A stretch of DNA of 64,000 nucleotides from the NCBI GenBank assembly GCA_004193555.1, contig RPGP01000029.1, positions 36,093 to 100,092 of the forward strand, in the 5' to 3' direction. Each line of letters opens with the position of its first letter. Within the stretch, counting starts at the first letter, position 1. This document shows, piece by piece, positions 49,775-59,443 of the stretch. The position numbers and the translations under genes were made by a program. Origin of the DNA: Desulfobacteraceae bacterium Eth-SRB1. Lineage in GTDB: Bacteria; Desulfobacterota; Desulfobacteria; Desulfobacterales; ETH-SRB1. Under the pieces are notes generated by a model, which was not told the origin of the DNA, made no database searches, and saw nothing but the letters and a program-made list of their open reading frames with translations.

Positions 49775-49782
49775 AGGTCACC

Positions 49783-50061
49783 TCAGTGATAGTCCGTAAT
49801 TTCAACATGGTACGCATTACCGTCATTCCATTCAAAACATACGCTCCACTGCTTATTGATACTGGTAGCATATTGCCTTTTTCGATCCCCGGAAAGGGCA
49901 TGAAATTTGTTCCCTGGATTAAGCATCAACGCTTCTATGCTGGGAGCGGCATGAAGAACCATTAACCGTTTTCTTGCCTGCCTTTCAAAGGCTTGAAAGC
50001 GGCGTACCCGTTGATCGTTGAATAGTTTTTCAGTATCTCGGCAGGCAAATGATTTAATCAT
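49783..50061 (-). CDS. higB: HigB (RelE/ParE family) toxin
   Basis: MIKSF, L.G.R..Q.....N.QW..CFEW, EITDYH. Confidence 0.92.
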   Translation of the reverse strand: MIKSFACRDTEKLFNDQRVRRFQAFERQARKRLMVLHAAPSIEALMLNPGNKFHALSGDRKRQYATSINKQWSVCFEWNDGNAYHVEITDYH

Positions 50062-50073
50062 ATTTAAATATAA

Positions 50074-50099
50074 ATATTACGCATGGCGTAATATGTCAA
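50074..50099 (-). promoter_or_regulatory. higBA promoter/operator
   Basis: Perfect inverted repeat ATATTACGC-atg-GCGTAATAT (50074-50094) directly after a minus-strand TTGACA. Confidence 0.7.
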
Positions 50100-50330
50100 A
50101 CGAAAACTCCATCCCTGTTCGATAATCTGGCGCATATACCAGATTCTTTTACCTTTTCCATGAGCAGGATGTGGTGTTCCTATGGGATTTTCGCAACAAG
50201 CTGTTGCGGAATGATCTTGGAGCCCCAGCCTTCAGCCTTTTTTTACAACAGAGTGTCATTTTGTCAGGAATGAAGAAGCGATCTTTATGCTTCCCGCAGG
50301 GTGGTGTGGGGCCGAGGAAGAGAAACCCGA

Positions 50331-50540
50331 TTATGCAAACATTAATCGACCCTTAGCTTGAGGGATTTCACGACCCAGTTCTGTTGCGGTTTTAATCCAT
50401 TCGTTGATGATGACTTTAGAATTTGCAAGAGCTTCTTGATACGTTTTGCCATCTGCCATACATCCAGGCAATTCCGGCACCTCTGCAATAAAAGAATTAT
50501 CCTCTTTGCTCCAGTAAATAATTATTTCGTATTTATTCAT
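50331..50540 (-). CDS. hicB: HicB family antitoxin
   Basis: FIAEVPELPGCMADGKTYQEAL. Confidence 0.9.
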   Translation of the reverse strand: MNKYEIIIYWSKEDNSFIAEVPELPGCMADGKTYQEALANSKVIINEWIKTATELGREIPQAKGRLMFA

Positions 50541-50796
50541 TGTCTTCCCCAAAATTTAATTTATATTTTAAAATGATATTTCGAATCTGTTTCACTTGAT
50601 ACGGCTTAGCCTCTGAACCTATCGGTTGTAAATTCAATATTTCGTTAACATTGTTTTTGGTGAAAATATGATGGTCACCCCGTATTCGTTCATAAAATCC
50701 AAAGACCTTCAGCAAATTACATAATCCAGAAAACGGGATATTGGCATCTGAAGTGCCGCGAAGGATTTTTATTAAAAGCTTGTCATGTGTGGCCAT
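50533..50796 (-). CDS. hicA: HicA family toxin
   Basis: RIRGDHHIF, AKPYQVKQ. Confidence 0.88.
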   Translation of the reverse strand: MATHDKLLIKILRGTSDANIPFSGLCNLLKVFGFYERIRGDHHIFTKNNVNEILNLQPIGSEAKPYQVKQIRNIILKYKLNFGEDNE

Positions 50797-51101
50797 ATTA
50801 TATCCTAATTTAAATGGCGGTTTGCAACAATTATGCTTGTCACAAGTAACTCTTCATTATTGATTATGTAAATCAATTAATGACACAATCAAACCAATTG
50901 TGCAATATTATTTCTTGAACCGCACTAACGAGTGCAGCCCCCGTCCTGTTGCAAAGCGGGATTCAAATGTTTGGGTTAAGTGTAAACAAATAGTCATATA
51001 GTTCCAATAACTTGATAAGATATTGATTATGATGTATGGAATATCAGCATGATAAGCAACAACGGTATCATCACCGTTAGCCGGCATAAGGATATTAGAT
51101 T

Positions 51102-52145
51102 ATGGAACGGATGGACTATTTTATAAGACGTTTTTTACTTGTGATTCCAACATTTATCGGGATCACGGTTTTATGTTTCCTGCTTATCCAGTTTGTTCCC
51201 GGCGGGCCGGTGGAACAGGCTATAATGCGGATGAAAGGTATAGGCGCGGCTGAATCGGGCAGGGGAGTTGAAGCCGGCGCATCTATATCCGAGCAGCAGA
51301 GGAAGGCCATTGAAGCGCATTTCGGCTTTGATAAATCTATTACTAAACGATACTGGAAGTGGCTTGTCACAGACAGGCTTGGCATGAAAATGGAATCATA
51401 CAGGTTCCCCAACAAAACTGCCTGGCAGCTTATCAAAGAACGGTTTAAAGTTTCCCTCGTTTTTGGAGTAACAGGATTTATTTTGTCATATCTTGTCTGT
51501 ATTCCCCTTGGGATATTAAAAGCGCTCCGGCACAACAGTATGTTTGACCTTACCTCGAGTATCGTTGTCTTTACAGGGTATGCCATTCCGGCTTTTGCAT
51601 TTGGAATGGTGCTGAAAATGCTGTTTTGCGGAACTGTGGAAGGCCTGTGGGATTTATTCCCTGTTTCAGGATTTTATTCAGACCATTTTACAGAAATGTC
51701 ATTCTGGATGCAGTCAAAGGATATCTTCAAGCATATGTTTCTTCCGGTGCTCTGTTATATGATCGGAAACTTTGCAATTTTAACCCTTTTGATGAAGAAT
51801 TCTCTTCTTGAGCAGATAAGTAAAGACTATATCAGGACTGTCCTTGCCAAGGGAGGAAGTTTTAACCGGGCCATATGGGGACATGCCCTGCGCAATTCTT
51901 TAATTCCTATTGCAACGGGACTTGGCTCAATCCTTACCGTCATGTTTGCCGGTTCTGTGATTATTGAGCAGGTCTTTGAAATTCCGGGGATGGGGCGACT
52001 AAGTCTTGAAGCGATAGTAGGGCGGGATTATCCTGTTTTTATGGGCATCCTTTCTCTTACTTCTGTTTTGGGGCTTGTCGGGAATATTCTTTCTGATTTT
52101 TTATATGTTCTCATAGATCCCCGTATTAACTTTCAGGAAAACTGA
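51102..52145 (+). CDS. Peptide ABC transporter permease (YejB/OppB-like)
   Basis: FVPGGP, DYIRTVLAKG, EQVFEIPGMG. Confidence 0.92.
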   Translation: MERMDYFIRRFLLVIPTFIGITVLCFLLIQFVPGGPVEQAIMRMKGIGAAESGRGVEAGASISEQQRKAIEAHFGFDKSITKRYWKWLVTDRLGMKMESYRFPNKTAWQLIKERFKVSLVFGVTGFILSYLVCIPLGILKALRHNSMFDLTSSIVVFTGYAIPAFAFGMVLKMLFCGTVEGLWDLFPVSGFYSDHFTEMSFWMQSKDIFKHMFLPVLCYMIGNFAILTLLMKNSLLEQISKDYIRTVLAKGGSFNRAIWGHALRNSLIPIATGLGSILTVMFAGSVIIEQVFEIPGMGRLSLEAIVGRDYPVFMGILSLTSVLGLVGNILSDFLYVLIDPRINFQEN

Positions 52146-52217
52146 GCCAAGGGAGTCAAATTACACCCACAGAAGAGGTGGCTTGTTTTATATTGGTCCT
52201 CAAAGGTAGTTTGTTTT

Positions 52218-52362
52218 GAGTGCCTAAAGTGAGCTAAAGTGCCTAAAATGCCTAAAGTTAAGGAATGCATCTTCGGTGCTGCCAATTCTATATGAATTAA
52301 TGGAGCGAAGCGACTCCTTAACTTTAGGCACTTTAACATACTTTAGCTCATTTTAGGCACTT
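52218..52362. repeat. Family B palindromic element
   Basis: GAGTGCCTAAAGTGAGCTAAAGTGCC...TTTAGGCACTT. Confidence 0.85.
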
Positions 52363-52430
52363 CATATTCCCGGTCAAAGATAGAAACTACCTGTAAAAAG
52401 TGTAAACTGGCAAATGAAGGATGCCAAATA

Positions 52431-54044
52431 ATGATCCATAAAATATTTAAAAACCCGATAACAAGAAAAAGACTTATCCGTTTCAAGGAGGTTAAACGGG
52501 CTTATATTTCATTGTGGATACTTGTTATTCTTTATCTTGTAAGTCTTGGTTCTGAACTTATATGCAATAATAACCCTTTGTATGTCAGGTTTAACAGCAA
52601 ATCATATTATCCTATATTAAAATTTTATCCTGAAGACCTGTTTGCCGGAAACGGTGAAAAAACAAGGCCGGATTACAAGAAGATAAATAACAGTGATTTT
52701 TTTAAAAGAAATCCTGATAACTTTATGATTTTTTCGCCGGTTCCTTACAGCCCTTATGAGAGCATTAATCCGGAGTCGATTCCGGTTTCAGACAATATAA
52801 CACTTATATTTACCCCCATGCCGGGAATCGGCACAGTCAATATAGGAAAGGATTTTTCAATAGTCCGGTCTGCTTCATTCGGTTTTTTTATTGGCAGGAA
52901 GGATGAAGAAGTAGAAAGCCTTGTGCTGACCGAATATATTAACATCCCGGAAAGGGTCAGGCAGGCTGTTGCAAAACGGTTTGCAAATGAGAATGCGCCG
53001 CGTTTAACCGTTTCAGTGGTAAAAGGTTATCATGGAGTAGAAGCCATAATCTCCCTTTCTGCTTTTCGCCGGAGAAGTAAGCCCCCGGAAACCATAAGGA
53101 TGACGTTCAGGGAGGCTGGAACAATTGATCAAAACCCTGAAAAATATGTTTTAAGCAAAGAACTCGAACTTATTGAAAATAGTACCGGGCATGACAACAG
53201 GGGGATATGGAATTATCTTTCCGGTCGTGACAGGGAAACAATTTTAAATCTTGCGGAAAGACGCTTTTTAGGTCCCATCGATAATGTTGTATTGCGTATC
53301 AAGAACCGGTTTTACACTGTTGGTTTTGAAAAACAGGATGTTCGCTTTCCGTTTGCTCCTGTAAAGGGGCATCTGATGGGGATTGATGGGGCAGGAAGAG
53401 ATGTTTTAAGCAGAATCCTTTATGGATTGAGAACTTCACTTACGTTTGGGTTGCTGCTTGTAGCATGTTCAATGGCCATGGGTATTATTGCGGGAGCTCT
53501 TCAGGGATATTATGGCGGCGCCATTGATATTACCGGCCAGAGATTTATTGAAATCTGGAGCGCACTGCCTTTTCTTTATATTATGATTCTTATGGGATCG
53601 GTCTATGGGCGGAGTTTTTCTTTACTTCTGTTTTGTTACGGGCTTTTCAACTGGATAGGGATCTCTTATTATGTCCGGGCGGAATTTCTTCGCTTGCGTA
53701 AAAAAGCCTTTGTAGAGGCCGCAAAATGTATGGGGATATCATCATTCAAGACAATATTTAAACATATTCTTCCCAATGCCATGGTGCCTGTAATAACATT
53801 TTTTCCTTTTTCTCTCGTTGGCGCTATCGGAGCGCTTGCAGCCCTTGACTATCTTGGATTCGGGCTCCCTCCGCCTACGCCAAGCTGGGGAGAACTTCTT
53901 TTCCAGGCACAGCAGTACAGATGGGCCTGGTGGCTTATTCTCTATCCTTCCCTGTCCCTGTTTACTGTAATGCTTCTTGGAGTATTTGTGGGTGAAGGGA
54001 TAAGAAATGCGTATGATCCTAAGAGATACACCAGGCTTGAATAG
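52431..54044 (+). CDS. Peptide ABC transporter permease (YejE/OppC-like) with a large insertion
   Basis: GIDGAGRDVLSRILYG, EAA-type loop FVEAAKCMG, PPTPSWGELL. Confidence 0.9.
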   Translation: MIHKIFKNPITRKRLIRFKEVKRAYISLWILVILYLVSLGSELICNNNPLYVRFNSKSYYPILKFYPEDLFAGNGEKTRPDYKKINNSDFFKRNPDNFMIFSPVPYSPYESINPESIPVSDNITLIFTPMPGIGTVNIGKDFSIVRSASFGFFIGRKDEEVESLVLTEYINIPERVRQAVAKRFANENAPRLTVSVVKGYHGVEAIISLSAFRRRSKPPETIRMTFREAGTIDQNPEKYVLSKELELIENSTGHDNRGIWNYLSGRDRETILNLAERRFLGPIDNVVLRIKNRFYTVGFEKQDVRFPFAPVKGHLMGIDGAGRDVLSRILYGLRTSLTFGLLLVACSMAMGIIAGALQGYYGGAIDITGQRFIEIWSALPFLYIMILMGSVYGRSFSLLLFCYGLFNWIGISYYVRAEFLRLRKKAFVEAAKCMGISSFKTIFKHILPNAMVPVITFFPFSLVGAIGALAALDYLGFGLPPPTPSWGELLFQAQQYRWAWWLILYPSLSLFTVMLLGVFVGEGIRNAYDPKRYTRLE

Positions 54045-54269
54045 GAGGTCAGGGGTCAGGATTCAGGGGGTTAGGGGAAAAGATGAACATCGAACATCGA
54101 ACGTCCAACATCGAATGATGAATGTTGTTGTCGCTTCGCTCTTCAATTTAGAAAACAAATGGAGCGGAGCAACTCCATATCTTTAGGCGCTTTACACTGA
54201 GCCCTGAACGGTTACAAATAATCTGCGAAAATCTGCGTAATCTGCGGATGGGATTGAAGGAATTTAAAA

Positions 54270-55238
54270 TTGCTGGAAGTAAAAAATATTACTGTTACAT
54301 TTGAAACAGATGAAGGTGTTTTCAAAGCTGTTGACGATGTTTCGTTAAATATAAACAAAAACGAAATAGTCGGACTGGTTGGTGAATCAGGATGCGGCAA
54401 ATCAGTTACAGCCTTAAGCATACTGCGCCTTATCCCTTTGCCGTCCGGCAGGATTGAAAAGGGTGAAATTCTATTCAAGGGCAAAGATTTGCTGAAGCTC
54501 GATGCCGGGGAAATGAGGAAAATCCGCGGCAGGGCAATCAGCATGATCTTTCAGGAGCCAGCTTCTGCGCTGTCTCCATTGCACAGGATCGGCAAACAGA
54601 TGGTTGAAACCATACTGCTCCATAAGGATATGACAAATAAAGAGGCCTGGAATATTGCCGAGAACTGGCTGAAAAGTGTAAAGATACCAGATGCAGGAGA
54701 AAGGATGTTTGATTATCCTTATCAGCTTTCAGGCGGTATGCAGCAAAGGGTTATGATTGCAATGGCATTGATGCTTGAGCCTGATCTCGTCATAGCTGAT
54801 GAACCGACAACTGCGCTGGATGTGACTATTCAGGCCCAGGTTTTTGAGCTTATTCGAGAAATGAGGAAATCACGAACTGCTGTACTTCTTATTACGCATG
54901 ATATGGGAGTTATCTGGGAAATGTGCGACAGGGTGATCGTTATGTACGCTTCAAGAATAGTCGAAGAAGGAAGCCGAAGCGATATTTTCTCAAAACCGGC
55001 CCATCCATATACCATTGGACTTCTTAAATCGATTCCTAAACTTTCCCCTGAACTTTCCGGTGATGCGGGCAGACTTAGAGCAATACCGGGATATGTTCCG
55101 TCACCATATAATTATCCATCAGGGTGTCATTTCCGTGATCGGTGCCCGGATGCATTTGATAGATGCAAAAAGGAAATACCGGAATTTGTTGATCTTGGGC
55201 CAGGACACAGGGCTGCATGTTTTCTTAGAACAAATTAA
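54270..55238 (+). CDS. Peptide ABC transporter ATPase (OppD-like)
   Basis: GESGCGKS, LSGGM, ADEPT, C-terminal GCHF..RCP. Confidence 0.95.
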   Translation: MLEVKNITVTFETDEGVFKAVDDVSLNINKNEIVGLVGESGCGKSVTALSILRLIPLPSGRIEKGEILFKGKDLLKLDAGEMRKIRGRAISMIFQEPASALSPLHRIGKQMVETILLHKDMTNKEAWNIAENWLKSVKIPDAGERMFDYPYQLSGGMQQRVMIAMALMLEPDLVIADEPTTALDVTIQAQVFELIREMRKSRTAVLLITHDMGVIWEMCDRVIVMYASRIVEEGSRSDIFSKPAHPYTIGLLKSIPKLSPELSGDAGRLRAIPGYVPSPYNYPSGCHFRDRCPDAFDRCKKEIPEFVDLGPGHRAACFLRTN

Positions 55239-55260
55239 AAGATGAACGTCCAAGTTCAAA

Positions 55261-56304
55261 TTGTTGCAGCTGAAATTTAGACTGAGCTTTCATAATACCT
55301 TGAAAGCACACACACAGGTCAGGAGTTTTGAAATTAAAAAATATCCAATAATCGAAGTAAATAACCTTAAAACCTGGTTTCCGATAAAACGGGGTGTTCT
55401 GGCCGGAACAGTTGGATATATCAGGGCGGTTGATATAACCGGTTTATATATTAACAGGGGAGAAACCCTTGGTCTGGTTGGCGAGTCCGGATGCGGGAAG
55501 ACAACATTCGGCAGAACATTATTAGGCCTGGAAAAACCCAGAACCGGCGAGATACTTTTTTATGGAAAAAATATTCTTGAATTAAGCCGTCGGGAGTTAA
55601 GGGAATTAAGAAAGAAAATGCAGATAATCTTTCAGGATCCTTTGTCTTCCCTTAATCCGAGAATGAATATTCTCGATATAGTTACAGAGGGCCTGTCTGA
55701 ATTCGGGAAGATAGAAGGAACCAGGGAAGATCATGCAAAAGGGCTTATGAATGAAGTAGGGCTCGATGATGACGCTATATACCGTTATCCTCATGAATTT
55801 TCCGGAGGACAGCGACAGCGCATTAATATTGCAAGGGCGATAGCTTTAAGGCCTGATTTCATAATATGTGACGAGCCTGTAAGCGCGCTTGATGTATCGG
55901 TGCAGGCACAGGTAATAAACCTTCTAATGGATCTTCGTGAAAGTTACAATCTTTCCTATCTCTTCATCTCACATGACTTAAGTGTTGTGAGCGCTATTTC
56001 AAACCGTGTTGCAGTCATGTATCTTGGCAGGATAGTGGAAAGCGGGTTGACCGGTAATGTAATCAAGAATCCGATGCATCCTTATACAAAGGCTCTTATT
56101 AATGCTGTTCCGGAACCAGGACTTTATAGTGGTGAGCATAAAAAGGAGAAAATTATTCTAAAAGGAGAAATGCCTTCTCCTTCTGCGCCTCCTTCCGGAT
56201 GCATGTTTCATACACGTTGTCCCGAGGTTATGGAAATTTGCAGTAAACAGGAGCCGAAGGAGACAAGATCAGGTATGCATCAGGTTTGTTGCCATCTGTA
56301 TTAG
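55261..56304 (+). CDS. Peptide ABC transporter ATPase (OppF-like); true start uncertain
   Basis: GESGCGKT, FSGGQRQR, CDEPV. Confidence 0.93.
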   Translation: MLQLKFRLSFHNTLKAHTQVRSFEIKKYPIIEVNNLKTWFPIKRGVLAGTVGYIRAVDITGLYINRGETLGLVGESGCGKTTFGRTLLGLEKPRTGEILFYGKNILELSRRELRELRKKMQIIFQDPLSSLNPRMNILDIVTEGLSEFGKIEGTREDHAKGLMNEVGLDDDAIYRYPHEFSGGQRQRINIARAIALRPDFIICDEPVSALDVSVQAQVINLLMDLRESYNLSYLFISHDLSVVSAISNRVAVMYLGRIVESGLTGNVIKNPMHPYTKALINAVPEPGLYSGEHKKEKIILKGEMPSPSAPPSGCMFHTRCPEVMEICSKQEPKETRSGMHQVCCHLY

Positions 56305-56490
56305 GACAGAGGTCGGAGGACAGAAGTCAGGGGGCAGGTGACAGCAAGGTGGGTAACGGTTTACAGTTTACATGACGGTTGAACAAAACATCAGCCAGAG
56401 AGGCTGACAAGAAGCAATCAGTTGTTGCATAGTTTATTGATAAAGTGTTCGGTGTAAACCGACAACCGTGAACCGTAAACTGTTACTTGG

Positions 56491-57108
56491 TTATTTTGGT
56501 TCTAACAAGGCTTTGGGTTGTCCGGCTTCAGGCTGTTTGGCTTTGGGCTTTGCCAGCAAAATCTTTATAGATTTTATTTTTTGCTTTATTAATTCAGTCT
56601 GACTGTCATTAATCTCAAGCAAGGCAGCCTTGTTAAGATACCTTAATGCTGCTTCAAAACCGGAAATGGTTTCTTTGCTTGCGGCTACATCTGCCTTGTA
56701 CATGAGTATCATCAGGTCGATGCTGTTTAAGCGGGTATAAGCGGCTTTGCTGAGATCCTGTGTAGTTCCAAACGACAGGGCTTTGTTCAGGTATAACTTG
56801 ATACCTTCAAAATCAGGCATGCCAGGCGCATCGAGGAGAGCGTCAGCCCTGTCAATATAATAATTAAAGGCAAAGGGAAAGGCTTCTTCTTTGGAATAAA
56901 CCGCCCGAATTGATTCAGGTGGTTGAGCTCCGGGCAGCGTTATAAGCAGGCCGGCGCCCATGGGAGCAAATTTGCCCTGCCAGATTTCAACAGCGCCGTC
57001 TGTGACATTAATATAATATTTATTTTTATTTGAAAAGCTGGTGCCAATAGTGATGATAGCCAAAAGAACAATACAGGCTGCAACAAAATATTTTGTTATT
57101 TTTCCCAT
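56491..57108 (-). CDS. Hypothetical exported or membrane-anchored protein
   Basis: Hydrophobic N-terminus, helical C-terminus; no family recognised. Confidence 0.7.
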   Translation of the reverse strand: MGKITKYFVAACIVLLAIITIGTSFSNKNKYYINVTDGAVEIWQGKFAPMGAGLLITLPGAQPPESIRAVYSKEEAFPFAFNYYIDRADALLDAPGMPDFEGIKLYLNKALSFGTTQDLSKAAYTRLNSIDLMILMYKADVAASKETISGFEAALRYLNKAALLEINDSQTELIKQKIKSIKILLAKPKAKQPEAGQPKALLEPK

Positions 57109-57203
57109 GGGCTAAGAACCTTTCACTTTTTAATTTTTATATATAGGATCAGATCATTTTTGTAAACATTTTTTACTGTTTTTATCGATTAGTATAAACG
57201 GAA

Positions 57204-58013
57204 ATGAACCGGTTAAAATTAGACAATAAAAAGAACAGCTTGGATTTAACGTTAAAGGATCTTGATTCTTTAATGGTTGCATTTTCAGGTGGTGTTGACA
57301 GCGCTTTACTTCTTGCAGTGGCATATGAAGTGCTTGGCAGGAAAGTAACGGCGATAACAGCAATATCAGATATACATCCGGCAAAGGAAAAAGAAGCGGC
57401 GATTGAGTTTGCAAAAAAACTGGGCATAAAACATATCTTGCTGAAATCAAAGGAAATGAACCACCCCAATTTTGTGGCAAACAGGAAAGACAGGTGCTAT
57501 ATATGCAAAAAAATTCTTTTTAAGGATATATTAACAATTGCAGCTCAATTGGGGATTAAAAATGTAGCCCATGGAGCCAACATAGATGATCTGAAAGATT
57601 TTCGTCCGGGACTGAAGGCAGCACATGAATTAGGGGTTATAGCCCCTTTAATTGATGCAAAGCTCACAAAGGATGATATAAGGCTGCTGTCAAAAGAGAT
57701 TCATCTTACTGAATGGAACAAGCCGGCTATGTCTTGCCTTGCAACAAGAATTCCTTATGGAACACCAATAACCAGAGAGGCCCTTGAACTGGTGGAGCAG
57801 GCTGAAGATGTTCTATTTGGCCTCGGTTTTATTACATGTCGTGTCAGGATACATGGTAACGTGGCACGGATAGAGGTCAATCAAGAAGATTTTACAAAAA
57901 TATTGGATGAACGAATCAGGCAAACTGTCGTTGGCAGGTTCAGGACAATTGGATTTCGCCATATTGCTGTGGATCTGGAAGGTTATATTCAGGGAAGCAT
58001 GAACAGGCCTTGA
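57204..58013 (+). CDS. larE: LarE-like ATP-dependent sulfur transferase (PP-loop)
   Basis: AFSGGVDS, DRCYICK, DFRPG, CLATRIPYG. Confidence 0.88.
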   Translation: MNRLKLDNKKNSLDLTLKDLDSLMVAFSGGVDSALLLAVAYEVLGRKVTAITAISDIHPAKEKEAAIEFAKKLGIKHILLKSKEMNHPNFVANRKDRCYICKKILFKDILTIAAQLGIKNVAHGANIDDLKDFRPGLKAAHELGVIAPLIDAKLTKDDIRLLSKEIHLTEWNKPAMSCLATRIPYGTPITREALELVEQAEDVLFGLGFITCRVRIHGNVARIEVNQEDFTKILDERIRQTVVGRFRTIGFRHIAVDLEGYIQGSMNRP

Positions 58014-58082
58014 AATTTGCGCCAATAAAGTTTATCATTGTTTGATTTTTTACGAATTCATTATAATTATTGGATAAATATT

Positions 58083-59213
58083 ATGGAAAAACTAAAACAA
58101 TTCTACCTTTTGGTACAAGATGTATGGAAAAATGGTCTGTTTGGAATAGATATCGGCCACTTTATCGTTGCCGTATTAATCTTTTTTGCTTTTATTCTCC
58201 TGCGCCGGTTATTTGCAAGATTTATTATTAGCAGGATCAAAGCCGTTACAAAAAAAACAAAAACTGTAATTGACGATGATATGCTGGAGGCTCTTGAGAA
58301 ACCGGTACAGTTTATACCGGTTGTTTTAGGTGTTTTTTTTGCTGCCGAATATCTTCCCCTGTATCCTGAAATTGAGGTTATTGCTAACAAACTGGTCCGT
58401 TCCCTTATCGTATTTGTGATATTCTGGGGCCTTGTAACTCTCATAAAACCGATGTCGTTTTTATTAAAACGGCTCGAGAAGATTTTTACATCTTCGATGG
58501 TGGACTGGCTGCTTAAAGCGATCAAAGTCACTTTTATTTTCATTGGCGCAGCGACGATTCTTGAAATATGGGGTATTAAAATTGGCCCGATTTTAGCTGG
58601 ACTGGGACTGTTTGGAGTAGCTGTTGCCCTTGGGGCGCAGGATCTTTTTAAAAATCTTATTTCCGGCGTTTTAGTGATTGCTGAAAAGAGGTTCAATATT
58701 GGGGACTGGATTCGCGTTGATAGCGTAGTTGAAGGCACAGTCGAGTCCATCGGATTTCGTTCCACGGTTGTCCGACGCTTTGATAAAGCGCCGGTTTTTG
58801 TGCCAAATTCAAAATTATCCGATCATGCGGTTATCAATTTCAGTTCCATGACCCACAGGAGGATTTACTGGAAAATCGGAGTGGAGTACCGCACTACAGT
58901 CAAACAGCTCCGGCAGATTCGCGACTCTATCGAGCAATACATTTTAGAGAGTGAATATTTTGCAAAGCCTCCCAAAGTTCCCATGTTTGTGCGTATTGAC
59001 AGATTCAGCGATTCTTCCATTGACATCATGGTATATTGTTTTACAAAAACCACAGAATGGGGCAAATGGCTGGAGATAAAGGAAACACTGGCTTACCGGA
59101 TCAAGCAAATTGTTGAAGAGGCGGGCAGCGCTTTTGCTTTTCCCAGCCAGTCTCTTTATGTTGAGACACTGCCGACAGAAGTGGCAGAAATATTTGTTCC
59201 GCCTGTCACCTGA
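58083..59213 (+). CDS. Mechanosensitive ion channel (MscS family)
   Basis: LGAQDLFKN..SG, GDWI, EGTVESIGFRST, AFPSQ. Confidence 0.93.
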   Translation: MEKLKQFYLLVQDVWKNGLFGIDIGHFIVAVLIFFAFILLRRLFARFIISRIKAVTKKTKTVIDDDMLEALEKPVQFIPVVLGVFFAAEYLPLYPEIEVIANKLVRSLIVFVIFWGLVTLIKPMSFLLKRLEKIFTSSMVDWLLKAIKVTFIFIGAATILEIWGIKIGPILAGLGLFGVAVALGAQDLFKNLISGVLVIAEKRFNIGDWIRVDSVVEGTVESIGFRSTVVRRFDKAPVFVPNSKLSDHAVINFSSMTHRRIYWKIGVEYRTTVKQLRQIRDSIEQYILESEYFAKPPKVPMFVRIDRFSDSSIDIMVYCFTKTTEWGKWLEIKETLAYRIKQIVEEAGSAFAFPSQSLYVETLPTEVAEIFVPPVT

Positions 59214-59219
59214 ACCCAA

Positions 59220-59407
59220 GTGTTAGGTGTTAAGATAAAACATTTGACTGTCAAACCAAGCTCTTAACACTTAACACTGTAACTTCTCAATAGGTCCGGG
59301 CAAACAGTTACTGGATTCCGGCTTTCGCCGGAATGACGGTTTATTGAGTTACTTAACACCTAACACGTTTCGTAAAAAGTGGTTTTCGACTTTTTATGAA
59401 GCCATCA
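59220..59407. repeat. Composite family A element with a dRS3-like palindrome
   Basis: GTGTTAGGTGTTAAG...CTTAACAC; CTGGATTCCGGCTTTCGCCGGAATGAC at 59311-59337; ends ACTTTTTATGAAGCCATCA. Confidence 0.8.
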
Positions 59408-59443
59408 ATTTTAAAACAACCAAAGTGTGGCACCATTTTTCTT

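Noticed and set aside
50915-50966. c-di-AMP (ydaO) riboswitch or 6S RNA
   Set aside because: Only short motif resemblance; the remaining conserved elements are absent. Kept only as an unassigned structure
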